Assembly: GCA_024278985.1 (NCBI GenBank) | Contig: JAJRSC010000016.1 | Coordinates: 1-58,410 of the forward strand | Origin: an archaeon | GTDB lineage: Archaea > AGJL01 > Methanococci > Methanococcales > Methanocaldococcaceae | Direction: 5' to 3' | Length of the DNA: 58,410 nt | Shown here: piece by piece, positions 42,000 to 52,895 of the stretch | How the letters are laid out: each line of letters opens with the position of its first letter | Numbering within the stretch: position 1 is the stretch's first letter | Translations under genes and position numbers: made by a program | Notes under the pieces: model-generated | What the model saw: only the letters and a program-made list of their open reading frames with translations | Databases searched by the model: none | Told to the model about the DNA's origin: nothing

Positions 42000-42280
42000 T
42001 GAAAATTTTTAATTCTGAGACAAGAGTCAAAATTTTGGCTTTATTGTATGGTAGAGAATTCTGTGATTTTAATTATATTAGGGAGAAACTTAATCTAACA
42101 AGTGGAAATTTAGAGCATCATCTAAATATATTAAAAAAAGCAGATTTAATTGAAGAAAAAAAAACTTTTTATAACAATAGAATTAGAACTATAATTAAGA
42201 TAACAGATAAAGGAAAAGAGGAGTTTAAAAAGTTTTTGAATGAAATTATTTATTTAAGTGGTGAAAAAAATGTTAATTAA
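41999..42280 (+). CDS. ArsR/MarR-like winged-helix transcriptional regulator
   Basis: RVKILALL, LNLTSGNLEHHL, ITDKG. Confidence 0.88.
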   Translation: MKIFNSETRVKILALLYGREFCDFNYIREKLNLTSGNLEHHLNILKKADLIEEKKTFYNNRIRTIIKITDKGKEEFKKFLNEIIYLSGEKNVN

Positions 42281-43658
42281 TGGTAAATGGATTGAAAGGG
42301 AAGATATTGAAACAATTAACCCATATACATTAGAACCTATTAAAAAAGTTACATCATTAAATAGAGATGAAGTTAAGGAGGCAATAGAATTAGCTTATGA
42401 AAATAAGAATAAAGCAAATCTCTCAAAATTAACAAGATACAAAATATTAACCTACATTGCCAATAAAATTAAAGAAAATAAAGAAAATCTTTCTTATTTA
42501 TTGGCATTAAATGCTGGAAAACCAATAAAACAGGCAAGAGTTGAAGTTGAAAGGGCAATAACAACCTTTAAATTAGCAGCATTTTATGTTAAAGAACTTA
42601 GGGGAGAAGTTATAGAAACAGATGATAAACTTATTTTAACTAAAAGGTATCCTATTGGATTATTAGGGGCAATAACTCCATTTAACTATCCAATAAATTT
42701 ATCTGCTCATAAAATAGCCCCAGCTATTGTAGTTGGAAACTTTATATTACATCATCCATCCATAAAGGCAGTTCTTCCAGTTATTGAACTTGCTAAAATA
42801 ATTGAAGAAGCATATAAAAAATATTCTGATTATGTTCCATACTATTTATTAACAGGTTTGGGTAAAGTTGTAGGGGATGAACTTGTTGTTAATGAAAAAA
42901 TAAATATGATTTCTTTTACAGGAAGTTGTCAAGTTGGAAAAGAAATAACTAAAAAGGCAGGATTTAAAAAAATAAACTTAGAACTTGGTGGGGTTAATCC
43001 AAATATTGTTTTAAAAGATGCTGATATAAATAAGGCTGTTAAGTCTCTTGTTAAAGGAAGTTTTTTATATGCTGGACAGGTTTGTATATCTGTTGGTTAT
43101 ATAATGGTTGATGAAGAAATTGCTGATGAATTTATTAAAAAATTTGTTAATGAGGCAAAAAAATTAAAAGTTGGAAATCCATTAGATGATAATACTGATG
43201 TAGGTCCTTTAATATCATTAGAACATGCAAAATGGATTGAAGAGTTAATAAATAAAGAAATTGATAAAGGAGCTAAATTGTTGTTAGGTGGTAAAAGAGA
43301 AAAATCTATTATATACCCTACTATTTTAGAGGTAGATAAAGATAGCCAACTTATAAAAACTGAAACTTTTGCTCCTGTAGTTCCAATTCTTAGAGTTAAT
43401 GAGGAGGAGATGATAGATATAGCTAACAATTCTGAATATGGTTTACATTCAGCTATATTTACAACTAATATAAATAAGGCATTAAAATTTGCTGATTTAT
43501 TAGAATATGGAGGAGTAGTAATAAATGACAGTTCTTTATATAGAATAGATAATATGCCATTTGGAGGATTTAAATATAGTGGATTAGGAAGAGAAGGAGT
43601 TAAATATGCTATTGAGGAAATGAGTGAAATTAAAAGTATCATTATAAATAAAATATAA
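42270..43658 (+). CDS. NAD-dependent aldehyde dehydrogenase (lactaldehyde dehydrogenase-like)
   Basis: ITPFNYP, SFTGS, LELGG, AGQVCIS, ETFAP, MPFGG. Confidence 0.9.
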   Translation: MLINGKWIEREDIETINPYTLEPIKKVTSLNRDEVKEAIELAYENKNKANLSKLTRYKILTYIANKIKENKENLSYLLALNAGKPIKQARVEVERAITTFKLAAFYVKELRGEVIETDDKLILTKRYPIGLLGAITPFNYPINLSAHKIAPAIVVGNFILHHPSIKAVLPVIELAKIIEEAYKKYSDYVPYYLLTGLGKVVGDELVVNEKINMISFTGSCQVGKEITKKAGFKKINLELGGVNPNIVLKDADINKAVKSLVKGSFLYAGQVCISVGYIMVDEEIADEFIKKFVNEAKKLKVGNPLDDNTDVGPLISLEHAKWIEELINKEIDKGAKLLLGGKREKSIIYPTILEVDKDSQLIKTETFAPVVPILRVNEEEMIDIANNSEYGLHSAIFTTNINKALKFADLLEYGGVVINDSSLYRIDNMPFGGFKYSGLGREGVKYAIEEMSEIKSIIINKI

Positions 43659-43681
43659 TAAAAAGTATAGAAAGTGAAAAT

Positions 43682-45169
43682 ATGGCTAAAGTTATAGTAA
43701 ATGGGAATGAGAAAGAAGGGACATATTTAAAAGATGTAATTAATGGAGAATTATATAAAAAAGGGGCTAATATAGTTATTATAAAAGGAACCAAAAAAGA
43801 AATTGAGACTTCAAAGAAATTTTTAGTTAAAACAAATAAGGGAAGTATAACTATTGCCATAACTGAGGATAATGAAACTGCAAAATATTTTTTAAACAAC
43901 TATAAAAATTTTGTTAATAAAAAATTAAGATGGATTAGTGGAATAGATATTGCTTTTGGTCCTACAAGAATAGATTTAGATATTTCTGATGAAGAAAAAA
44001 AATTAGATAAATGGGATGTTATTCTTTCTATTAGTGGATTAGATAAAGATGAAGGACATCTTATTTTTATAACAAAAAAAATTATTGGTAAATATGGATT
44101 AAAAGAGCCAAAAATTGGTAGGATTGTAGGAGGTAAATGGGTAGTTTCAAAGTTAAATATAGGAGATTATATTGAGGATATAGAGCCTGTCATGGTTGAA
44201 AAGGAAGCAGTTGATTACTTTGTTACTACCAATTTAGATACAAAATTGGAGGATGGTTGGAAGATATATACTTATTTTACTGCTGAATTTGATGGTCCTA
44301 ATGAAGCAGTTGAGCATGCATTGGCATTAATGGAAGATGGTATTTTTGAAGTAGGTGAGGAAACTAATACATATATATGTGATAGAAGGTTACAAACATT
44401 AAAAGTTGAGGAAGGGAATTTAATAGAGAGAGATAGAGGAGTTATAACTGTAAGAAACTTTGGAGTTGGAGAGGGAAAAGTTTTTATTTATAAAGAGAGT
44501 AGAACCTCATCACTTTCTCATACTGTTGTAGGAAAGGTTAAAGAGGGAATGCCATTAATTGACTTTTCTACTTCTGGAATTATAACAGTTAAAACAATTC
44601 CAGAGAGGTTATGTGTTATTGGTTTATATTTAGATGAAGCAATTGAAAAACTTAAGAAATACAATATTGAAGTTGAAGCAGAAGGGGAGGTAATAGTTGT
44701 TGAGCAAGACCCAAAATATACATTAGAAGTTTTAAGACAGAAAAAAGTTAAATTAAAATGTGTCAATGAAAATGAAATATTAAAAATTATTTTATATGAG
44801 GATAAAGCTCCTATAACCTCATGGTACTTTAGAAAGACATCAGGATTAACCACTGTAAAAGTTGGAAAACTTCATGTATACTTTAAACATAAAGATATAG
44901 TAATGTTTAAAGGAAATCCAGACTATGCTAAGGGATTACTACCAGAAAATACACCAAAAGATAAAGTAAAAGCTTATGAAATTGGAGTTTCTAATATGGT
45001 AAGTAGATATAAGGGAATGATAGGAGTTAGAGGAGTGGATAGTGATAAATTTGGACCTACTGGGGAGAGTTTTGATAAAACAAACATAGTTGGAAAAATT
45101 GTAGAAAATTATGAGATTTTAAACAAGGTAAAGCCTGGAGATGATGTTTATATATTGCTAAAAAAATAA
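43682..45169 (+). CDS. mmp3: Methanogenesis marker protein 3
   Basis: Cyclophilin-like repeats; [21 protein letters not shown]. Confidence 0.88.
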   Translation: MAKVIVNGNEKEGTYLKDVINGELYKKGANIVIIKGTKKEIETSKKFLVKTNKGSITIAITEDNETAKYFLNNYKNFVNKKLRWISGIDIAFGPTRIDLDISDEEKKLDKWDVILSISGLDKDEGHLIFITKKIIGKYGLKEPKIGRIVGGKWVVSKLNIGDYIEDIEPVMVEKEAVDYFVTTNLDTKLEDGWKIYTYFTAEFDGPNEAVEHALALMEDGIFEVGEETNTYICDRRLQTLKVEEGNLIERDRGVITVRNFGVGEGKVFIYKESRTSSLSHTVVGKVKEGMPLIDFSTSGIITVKTIPERLCVIGLYLDEAIEKLKKYNIEVEAEGEVIVVEQDPKYTLEVLRQKKVKLKCVNENEILKIILYEDKAPITSWYFRKTSGLTTVKVGKLHVYFKHKDIVMFKGNPDYAKGLLPENTPKDKVKAYEIGVSNMVSRYKGMIGVRGVDSDKFGPTGESFDKTNIVGKIVENYEILNKVKPGDDVYILLKK

Positions 45170-45179
45170 AGGTGGAACA

Positions 45180-45734
45180 TTGTTGAAATTAGAGGAGAGT
45201 TTAAAAAAATGTCCTATTGTTAAAAGAGGAGAATATGAGTACTTTATTCATCCTATTAGTGATGGAGTTCCAATAGTTGAACCAAAATTATTAAGAGAAG
45301 TAGTTTCAAGAATTATTAAGGTTGGAGATATATTTAAAGCAGATAAAATTTTAACTGCTGAAGCTATGGGTATTCCTCTTGCTACATCCTTATCTCTTTA
45401 TACAGATATTCCATATGTTATTGTTAGAAAAAGAGAATATAAATTACCTGGGGAAGTTCCTGTTTATCAAAAAACAGGATATAGTAAAGGTCAGTTATAT
45501 ATTAATGGAATTAATAAAGGTGATAAAGTCTTTATTGTTGATGATGTTATCTCAACAGGTGGGACATTATTAGCAATAATTCAGGCAATTGAAAGAATTG
45601 GGGCAGAGATTGTTGATATAGTTGTAGTTATTGAGAGAGGTAATGGAAAAAAAAGAGTTGAAGAATTAACAGGTTATAAAATAAAGACACTTGTTAAGAT
45701 TGATGTTAAAGATGGAAAAGTAGTTATTTTATAA
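45180..45734 (+). CDS. hpt: Hypoxanthine/guanine phosphoribosyltransferase
   Basis: [27 protein letters not shown]. Confidence 0.9.
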   Translation: MLKLEESLKKCPIVKRGEYEYFIHPISDGVPIVEPKLLREVVSRIIKVGDIFKADKILTAEAMGIPLATSLSLYTDIPYVIVRKREYKLPGEVPVYQKTGYSKGQLYINGINKGDKVFIVDDVISTGGTLLAIIQAIERIGAEIVDIVVVIERGNGKKRVEELTGYKIKTLVKIDVKDGKVVIL

Positions 45735-45826
45735 TATTATATAAATTTTTTATTTTTAGTTTAACGAATTTTAATCATTGATAAAAAATAGAATTAATTT
45801 TATTTATATTTATTTTTTTATAGATT

Positions 45827-45843
45827 GTTCATAAAATATGAAC
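45827..45843. promoter_or_regulatory. Palindromic operator upstream of phoA
   Basis: GTTCATA-aaa-TATGAAC upstream of a BRE/TATA (gaaaattttatata, about 45858-45871); extra half-site TATGAAC at about 45877. Confidence 0.6.
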
Positions 45844-45932
45844 TATATTTACAAATAGAAAATTTTATATAGCAAATTATGAACAGTATATAATGTTAAG
45901 ATATTATTTTGATAAGGGTTTGAGGTGGAATT

Positions 45933-47447
45933 ATGAAAAAGATTTTAAAGCTTATGTCGATACTTTTAATATTTAGTATTTTATCTACTGTAATAATTTG
46001 TGGTTGTGTAAATGAAAAGAGTAATATTAATACAAATACTGAGACAAAACTATTGGAAAATTCAAAAGTAAATAACGTTCAGTTAAGTTCTAACTCTGAA
46101 AATACTGTAGAGAGTAACAAAAAAGTTAAGGTTAAAAATGTTATCTTATTTATTGGAGATGGTATGGGTATAACTCAGACTTATGTTGCTGAAAGATATA
46201 AGGAAGAAATTGAACATGGACATTTAGTTCTTTTAACAGATTTTAAAACAAGAGGAACTATAACCACATATTCATTAAGTTCAGAAGTTACTGACTCTGC
46301 TGCAGCAGGAACTGCACTTTTATCAGGTTATAAAACTGACAATGGAATGATAAATGTCAGGCCAGATGGTTCAATACCAAGAAAAACATTAGGAGAAATT
46401 GCTAAAGAAAAAGGAAAATCTGTAGGTATTGTAACTACAACAAGAGTTACTCATGCAACTCCTGCATCTGTTTATGCACATATAAAAGATAGAGAGGAAG
46501 AAGACAAAATAGCAGAACAACTCTTAAAATTTGAACCTGATGTAGTTCTTGGTGGGGGACTTGAATATTTTATCCCAAAATCTGAGAAGGGTAGTAAAAG
46601 AAAGGATAATAAAAATCTCATTGAAATGTTTAAGAAGAAAGGATATGTTATTGTTTATAATAAAAAAGAATTAGAAAATGTAAATCCAAATAATACTACT
46701 AAATTATTAGGACTATTTTCAATGTCTCATATGGCTTTTGAAGTAGATAGAGAAAATATTGATAAATATAAAAATCAACCATCTCTTGCTGAGATGACAG
46801 AAAAAGCTTTAGAAATTTTAAGTAAAAATCCAAAAGGATTTTTTTTAATGGTTGAAGGTGGAAGAATAGACCATGCATGTCATGCACATGATCCTAAAGC
46901 TGCAATAATGGACACAATAGCATTTGATAATGCTATTAAAGTAGCTTTAGAGTTCCAGAAGAAACATCCAGATACTTTAATTATTGTAACTGCAGACCAT
47001 GAAACTGGTGGAATGAGTATAGGAAGAGGTACTGAATACTATGCAAATATCTCAGCACTGAAAAATATTGATACAAGTATTGCATTTATGAGCAAAGAAA
47101 TAATGAAAAATCCAAATAGAGATTATGTACTTAATTTAATTAAAAAATATTGGCATACTAACCTTACAGAAAATGAGAAAAAACTTTTATTTGAATATCC
47201 ATTAACTTCAAAAATAAATGATCCAAATATTTTAAATAATTATCCAAATATAAATCATTATGTTTATTGCTGGGCTGGTTTTGCACTATCTAAAATTGAA
47301 AGTGAGAGAGCAAGAATTGGATGGACATCATTTGCACATACTGCAGTTCCAGTTCTTGTATATGCTAAAGGTCCTGGAGAAGAGCTATTTGAAGGCTTTT
47401 ATGACAATACAGATGTTCCAAAGAAAATAGAGAAAATATGGACATAA
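45933..47447 (+). CDS. phoA: Alkaline phosphatase (PhoA family), lipoprotein
   Basis: IGDGMG, VTDSAAAGTA (catalytic Ser), HATPA, VEGGRIDHACH, TADHETGG, HT; ICGC lipobox plus N/S/T linker. Confidence 0.93.
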   Translation: MKKILKLMSILLIFSILSTVIICGCVNEKSNINTNTETKLLENSKVNNVQLSSNSENTVESNKKVKVKNVILFIGDGMGITQTYVAERYKEEIEHGHLVLLTDFKTRGTITTYSLSSEVTDSAAAGTALLSGYKTDNGMINVRPDGSIPRKTLGEIAKEKGKSVGIVTTTRVTHATPASVYAHIKDREEEDKIAEQLLKFEPDVVLGGGLEYFIPKSEKGSKRKDNKNLIEMFKKKGYVIVYNKKELENVNPNNTTKLLGLFSMSHMAFEVDRENIDKYKNQPSLAEMTEKALEILSKNPKGFFLMVEGGRIDHACHAHDPKAAIMDTIAFDNAIKVALEFQKKHPDTLIIVTADHETGGMSIGRGTEYYANISALKNIDTSIAFMSKEIMKNPNRDYVLNLIKKYWHTNLTENEKKLLFEYPLTSKINDPNILNNYPNINHYVYCWAGFALSKIESERARIGWTSFAHTAVPVLVYAKGPGEELFEGFYDNTDVPKKIEKIWT

Positions 47448-47512
47448 TTCTTTTTATTATTAATTTTTAATTTTATTTTTATTTAATTTTTAATTTTAAC
47501 TAAGGGATAATA

Positions 47513-47710
47513 ATGTTTAAAGTTTTAAAAGTTGATGCAACAAAATTTAAAAAGAATGTTGGAGATATAGTCAAAAAAGGGGAAATTATTGGATATTTAA
47601 AAAATACTCCAGTAGTTACAAATTTTGAGGGTATAATACAGTGTATATATTTTGATGAAGATATGCATAAACTGAATGTTGTTATTTTGATTGATAAGGT
47701 GAAAAAATGA
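47513..47710 (+). CDS. Small protein with a biotinyl/lipoyl-like barrel-sandwich motif
   Basis: VGDIVKKGEIIG..PVVTNFEGII; RBS present; ATGA overlap with the next gene. Confidence 0.65.
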   Translation: MFKVLKVDATKFKKNVGDIVKKGEIIGYLKNTPVVTNFEGIIQCIYFDEDMHKLNVVILIDKVKK

Positions 47711-48786
47711 TTAAAAACAGAAAAATAAAGATTGAACTTGCTTTTTTAATAGTTATCTTTTTTATATCAATTCTTATTATTATTTATTCTCCATTTTATA
47801 AAAATTTTAATAGTTATTCAATAAAAAAGGGTGTAGTTGTTAAAGTTAAGGATAATTTAGATTATAATGGAGTTGTAAAAATTGGATTTGAAGATGTTTG
47901 GGTTAAGATAGGAAATAAAATTATAAAATTTAGTAATGTTTTAAGAGGAAATTGGTTGTTGGATAATTATTTTGAGAAAGGGGATAATGTTGTAATTATC
48001 TATAAAGGAGATACTCCAATTTATTTAACATATGATAGGGTTACTTACTTATATGCATATATTTTATTATTTTTAGGATTGATTTTATTTATTGGTAGGC
48101 TTAATGGAATTAAAACTATACTGTCTCTTCTATTTACAATAGTAATGATATTTTATGTTCTTTTGCCTTTAATAGTAAATGGATATCCTCCAATCCCATT
48201 AACAATAGTTGTGGTTGGAATTATTATAATAGTATGTTATTTCGTTTTGTGTGGTTTTAATAAAAAAGCGATTTCATCATCGATAAGTACAATTTTAGGG
48301 GTTTCTATTGCTGGATTGTTGGGATATATAGGAATAAAATTGATGAAACCTCCACCAGGAGGATTCTCTGAATTCATTCAGATGATACTTTTTTCAGGAC
48401 ATTTTCTTGATTTTTATGGAATTTTAATTTCTACCATAGTTTTAGCATCTTTAGGTGCAATAATGGACGTATCAATAGATATATCCTCTGGACTATATGA
48501 ACTAAAGAGACATAAGCCAGATATTACATTTAGTGAGTTATTTGAAAGTGGAATGAATATTGGTAAAGATATAATGGGAACTATGGCAAACACTTTAATA
48601 TTGGTTTATGTTGGGTCTTTAATAGCTCCAATACTGTATTTTATGATTAAAGGAACATCAATTTATGTGATATTAAGCTATAACTTTATTGCTTACGAAA
48701 TATTAGCAAGTTTGTGTGGAAGTGTTGGAATTGTTATGACTATTCTATTATCTGCATTAATATCTTCCTATATATATAGTGTATAA
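47707..48786 (+). CDS. YibE/F family membrane protein
   Basis: LGAIMDVSIDI, GMNIGKDIMGTMANTLILVYVG, GSVGIV. Confidence 0.9.
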   Translation: MIKNRKIKIELAFLIVIFFISILIIIYSPFYKNFNSYSIKKGVVVKVKDNLDYNGVVKIGFEDVWVKIGNKIIKFSNVLRGNWLLDNYFEKGDNVVIIYKGDTPIYLTYDRVTYLYAYILLFLGLILFIGRLNGIKTILSLLFTIVMIFYVLLPLIVNGYPPIPLTIVVVGIIIIVCYFVLCGFNKKAISSSISTILGVSIAGLLGYIGIKLMKPPPGGFSEFIQMILFSGHFLDFYGILISTIVLASLGAIMDVSIDISSGLYELKRHKPDITFSELFESGMNIGKDIMGTMANTLILVYVGSLIAPILYFMIKGTSIYVILSYNFIAYEILASLCGSVGIVMTILLSALISSYIYSV

Positions 48787-49095
48787 AAATAGAGTGTAAT
48801 TACGATAAACTATTCTTTATTAATTCTTTACTACACTTTTTAACTACTTCATAAAATGATATTTCATTTTTGTAGCTTAAATATTCGATACAATTACAAT
48901 TAAATAACATCCCCACTAACCTAATAAATCGGATATTACTCTTTTCTGATGATAAATAGTTTCCCTCAACTTTTAAAATCGATTTATCCCTTTTATGCTT
49001 TTTCTCTATCTTATATCTTTTTAGATATTAATATTCTCAGCTTTCTTTTTATAGTTTGTCGAGACTAAATATTTAATTTCAATTCACACTATCAG
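48787..49095 (-). mobile_element. Internally deleted IS4-superfamily (DDE) element relic
   Basis: Minus strand encodes EIKYLVSTN.. then, after a frameshift, YLKRYKIEKKHKRDK (Y-2-R-3-E-6-K motif) ..KELIKNSLS* with stop at 48800. Imperfect terminal repeats gatAGTGTgAATT / tagAGTGTAATT. Confidence 0.7.
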
Positions 49096-49099
49096 TATT

Positions 49100-49446
49100 T
49101 TTATTTTTAGTTTAGAGGAATTTAATCGATTATTTTTTAATTTTAAGGATTTTTATCAATTTTCTAAGGGTCGCGTATTTTAATTATTTTAAGTATTTGG
49201 ATGTAGTGAATTATCGAGATTTTTAAAAGATTTTTGACAATTATTTTTAAATTAAAATTTCTCCAATAAACAAAACGTATTTTCAAAATTAAAAAGTTTT
49301 TAGATTAAAAAATCAAAAAAGAAAGATAAATTAAAAATTTCAAAGGTTTATAAATAAAAACTATTACCTACCCCCTGACAAATTACATAATAGAAAAAGT
49401 TATATATTAGAAGAGATATTATACTAAATACGTAAAATTGCCCCTT
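49100..49446 (+). promoter_or_regulatory. CRISPR leader
   Basis: AT-rich non-coding stretch abutting repeat 1; BRE/TATA gaaaagttatata at about 49393-49405. Confidence 0.75.
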
Positions 49447-50286
49447 GTTAAAATCAGACCGTTGCGGTATGAAAACCAATTTGATGGAAAATATATTAAA
49501 ACATTATCTACAAGTTAAAATCAGACCGTTGCGGTATGAAAACTTCACTTGGTTGTGCATGGTTGTTACACTAGTTCACGTTAAAATCAGACCGTTGCGG
49601 TATGAAAACGCATGAAAGTCAAGAAGTAAAGAATATTATATTAGAAAGTTAAAATCAGACCGTTGCGGTATGAAAACCTCATCATACAAAATTGATTCAA
49701 CATTTAATGTCATGTTAAAATCAGACCGTTGCGGTATGAAAACCCAGACTTCGTTTTGACGGCATTGACATTAACTTCGCCGTTAAAATCAGACCGTTGC
49801 GGTATGAAAACAATGGGTTTGTATATTATCTTGAAAATAATTGTATAAGTTAAAATCAGACCGTTGCGGTATGAAAACTCATTTATGATAAAATATAGTA
49901 CAAAATTTTAAAAAGTTAAAATCAGACCGTTGCGGTATGAAAACTGGTAAAACAAATAGGGATTAAACCAATTTACATTTATGTTAAAATCAGACCGTTG
50001 CGGTATGAAAACGTTTTATCAAATTTGAGATCTTTGATTTTTTCTATGTGTTAAAATCAGACCGTTGCGGTATGAAAACTTGTTTGAACAACAAATAAAT
50101 AATTATCTCGCACATTCTCGTGTTAAAATCAGACCGTTGCGGTATGAAAACCTACTGTTTTTTATTTGTGACATTTTTTTGCACAAAAGTTAAAATCAGA
50201 CCGTTGCGGTATGAAAACCTATACATTAAGAAAGGAAGGGTTCTTACCCCTACAATGTTAAAATCAGACCGTTGCGGTATGAAAAC
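49447..50286 (+). CRISPR. CRISPR array: 13 identical 30-nt repeats, 12 spacers of 36-42 nt; no adjacent cas genes
   Basis: Repeat GTTAAAATCAGACCGTTGCGGTATGAAAAC starting at 49447, 49514, 49580, 49648, 49714, 49782, 49849, 49915, 49983, 50050, 50122, 50189 and 50257; ACCG-TTG-CGGT hairpin. Confidence 0.99.
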
Positions 50287-50345
50287 TTATTTCATAATTC
50301 AACCTACTATATAAATGGATATCTTTATTTTCTTTAACCAAGTTA

Positions 50346-50382
50346 GTTTAAATCGTTAGTTCATTAAAACAGGGATGGAAAC
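50346..50382 (+). repeat. Single 37-nt CRISPR-repeat-like sequence of a different type
   Basis: GTTTAAATCGTTAGTTCATTAAAACAGGGATGGAAAC; starts with GTT and ends with GAAAC. Confidence 0.45.
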
Positions 50383-50394
50383 AAATTAATAGTT

Positions 50395-50933
50395 TTATAA
50401 ACTTAAAAATTTCTCAGCAAGTTGGATATGTTCTTTGCTACCTACTTTTTTTATAGTTTTATATATTTCAAACATTTTATTTTTTACATCTAATAAGTGT
50501 TTCTTGAATATAAAATAGCCATTTCGACAATTAAACCATCAGCTCTACAATATGGTTTTATATCCTTATTAAAATCTATTTTATGAATTTTTTCTCCCTC
50601 TATAATCATTAATTTAGTTTCCCCAATATCATCCTTTTTGGTTATTATCTTTCTTCTTACAACTTTATAAAATATTGTGTAGTATCCTTCAATATAGGGG
50701 ATATTTTTAAAAAATTTATAATTATCTTCATCAGTTATAACTGCTTCAGCTATTTTTAGTGGTTCAACAACATTAACAGAAAAATAGTTTTCTTTTAAAA
50801 GGTTATCATATGTATGGGAGCCAAAAAATAAATGTAATCTAACATTATTATCTTTGTTATCTTTAAGATATATTCCAATAGGTGCCTTATTTGGTCTTTT
50901 TCCATTTGTACATACAACTACCTCATAAATCAT
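50395..50933 (-). CDS. DUF447 family (flavin-reductase-like) protein with a frameshift near the C-terminus
   Basis: YEVVVCT..NKAPIG, GSHTYDNL, CRADGLIVEMAILYSR. One added A at about 50500 restores KHLLDVK..KKVGSKEHIQLAEKFLSL*. Confidence 0.78.
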
Positions 50934-51702
50934 ATATTTTAACACTCTCTAAATCTCCACCCCTTATATATGATAATTTAAAACTAACTTCTCCTATTTT
51001 TCCCTCTCTATTAAGGGGAATAACTAAGGGAGGATTTAACATTCTTAAAGGTCCTGAAATATGATTGCTATCTAATATTGTATATGTTCTTATTTTAACT
51101 CCTAAGTTTTTTGTTTCTTTCTTACAAAATAAAGAGATATTATAACTTACTTTTAACTTATTAATCTTATAAAAATTAACTTCCTCATATATTTTTTCAT
51201 TAGATAGTTCTTTACTTTTATCTTCTTCATCATAATATATATGATTAAGGTCACACTCAACTAATTGAACAGTTGAAATAACCTTTTCAGGAATTATTTT
51301 TCCATTATCTTTTAGGAGTTTTCTTTTATGAATTGAATTTATAACCCTAACCTGAGGCTCAGTTATTAAGGCAGTGTCTAAGAGTTCAGCAATTATTATA
51401 TCTGCCTTTTCTTTAAATCTATAATATTCTGCATCTCCTTCAATAACTTCAATATTATCAAAACCATTAATTTTTATATTCTCTAAAGCATATTCATATG
51501 TAAAACTATCTAACTCAATGGCATAAACTTTCTTTGCAATCCTTGCAGCAAACATTGCCAATATTCCACTACCTGTTCCTAAGTCATAAACTATATCATT
51601 CTCTTTAACATTATTCTCAATAGCACTTTTAAATATAGCCAACCTTTCATAATCTGTAAGCATAGATAAATGCCACTGTGGTGCATTAAGTTTGATTATC
51701 AT
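50923..51702 (-). CDS. Class I SAM-dependent methyltransferase (protein arginine methyltransferase-like)
   Basis: MLTDYERL, VYDLGTGSGILA, ADIIIAELLDTALITEPQ. Confidence 0.85.
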   Translation of the reverse strand: MIIKLNAPQWHLSMLTDYERLAIFKSAIENNVKENDIVYDLGTGSGILAMFAARIAKKVYAIELDSFTYEYALENIKINGFDNIEVIEGDAEYYRFKEKADIIIAELLDTALITEPQVRVINSIHKRKLLKDNGKIIPEKVISTVQLVECDLNHIYYDEEDKSKELSNEKIYEEVNFYKINKLKVSYNISLFCKKETKNLGVKIRTYTILDSNHISGPLRMLNPPLVIPLNREGKIGEVSFKLSYIRGGDLESVKIYDL

Positions 51703-51721
51703 GTTAATCAGGTGATATATT

Positions 51722-52873
51722 TTGTTTAAAACATTAACTAATTTTGAAAAAGCTAAGGAATTAGTTTATAATACATTGAAGAAGTATATTAAAGTTGAGG
51801 AAGTTGATTTATTGGAAGGTTATAATAAAATATTAGCTGAAAATATTTTTTCCCCTATTCCCTTGCCTTACTTCAATAGAGCAGCAATGGATGGGTATGC
51901 AGTTAGAGCAGAAGATACTTATGGAGCATCCCCTACAAATCCAATAATATTAAACTTAGTTGATAAAAATTTTATATCAGAAAATGAAGCAAAAAAAATA
52001 AATACTGGAGAAATGCTACCAGAAGGGGCAAATGCTGTAGTAATGAAAGAATTCTGTCAAGAATTTGAGGATTTTGTAGAAGTTTATAAAACTGTTCATC
52101 CTAATGAAAATGTTTCTAAGATTGGAGAAGATGTAAAAAAAGGAGAGCTTATATTAAAAAAAGGAGAAAAAATAAATAGCTTTCATCTTTCTATTCTTTC
52201 ATCCTTAAATATTCCCAAAATTAAAGTCTATAATATAACTGTTGGAGTTATATCAACAGGTGATGAATTGGTTGAACTTGGAGATAAATTAGAAAATGGA
52301 AAAATTGTTAATTCAAATTATTACCTACTTTATGGGTTAATAAAGAGTTTAGGTTTTGATGTAAACTATGATGGGATTGTAGGAGATGATGAAAAAAAAA
52401 TAAAAGAAACTATAAAAAAGGCAGTTAAAGAAGTTGATATTTTAATAACTACTGGTGGAACATCTGTAGGAGAAAGAGACTATACTGTTAAAGCAGTTAA
52501 AGATTTAGGAGAAATTATATTCCATGGAATAAATATTCGCCCTGGAAAACCATTTGCCTTTGGTTTAATAGAGAAACCAGTTTTTTTATTATCTGGCTAT
52601 CCTGTTGCTTCTGCTGTTCAGTTTGAACTTTTTATATATAGATTTTTTACTAAAAGAAAAACCATTTATTTACCACTAAAAAGGTCAATAGCTTCAGAGA
52701 TTGGTAGAGTAGATTTTGTTAGAGTTAAAATAGATAAAAATAGGGTTGAACCTGTTAGAATAACAGGAAGTGGTGTTATAACCTCTTTAATAAAAAGTGA
52801 TGGATATATATTAATTAATGAAAATGTAGAAGGTTATGAAAAGGATGATTTAGTTAAAGTTTATTTATTTTAA
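51722..52873 (+). CDS. moeA: Molybdopterin molybdotransferase
   Basis: AAMDGYAV, ISTGDEL, TTGGTSVGERD, RPGKP, LSGYPVAS. Confidence 0.95.
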   Translation: MFKTLTNFEKAKELVYNTLKKYIKVEEVDLLEGYNKILAENIFSPIPLPYFNRAAMDGYAVRAEDTYGASPTNPIILNLVDKNFISENEAKKINTGEMLPEGANAVVMKEFCQEFEDFVEVYKTVHPNENVSKIGEDVKKGELILKKGEKINSFHLSILSSLNIPKIKVYNITVGVISTGDELVELGDKLENGKIVNSNYYLLYGLIKSLGFDVNYDGIVGDDEKKIKETIKKAVKEVDILITTGGTSVGERDYTVKAVKDLGEIIFHGINIRPGKPFAFGLIEKPVFLLSGYPVASAVQFELFIYRFFTKRKTIYLPLKRSIASEIGRVDFVRVKIDKNRVEPVRITGSGVITSLIKSDGYILINENVEGYEKDDLVKVYLF

Positions 52874-52895
52874 AAATTGTTGAGAGGATTAATTT

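Noticed and set aside
50120-50314. 64-aa ORF with a repeated MLKSDRCGMKT
   Set aside because: Translation of CRISPR repeats and spacers.
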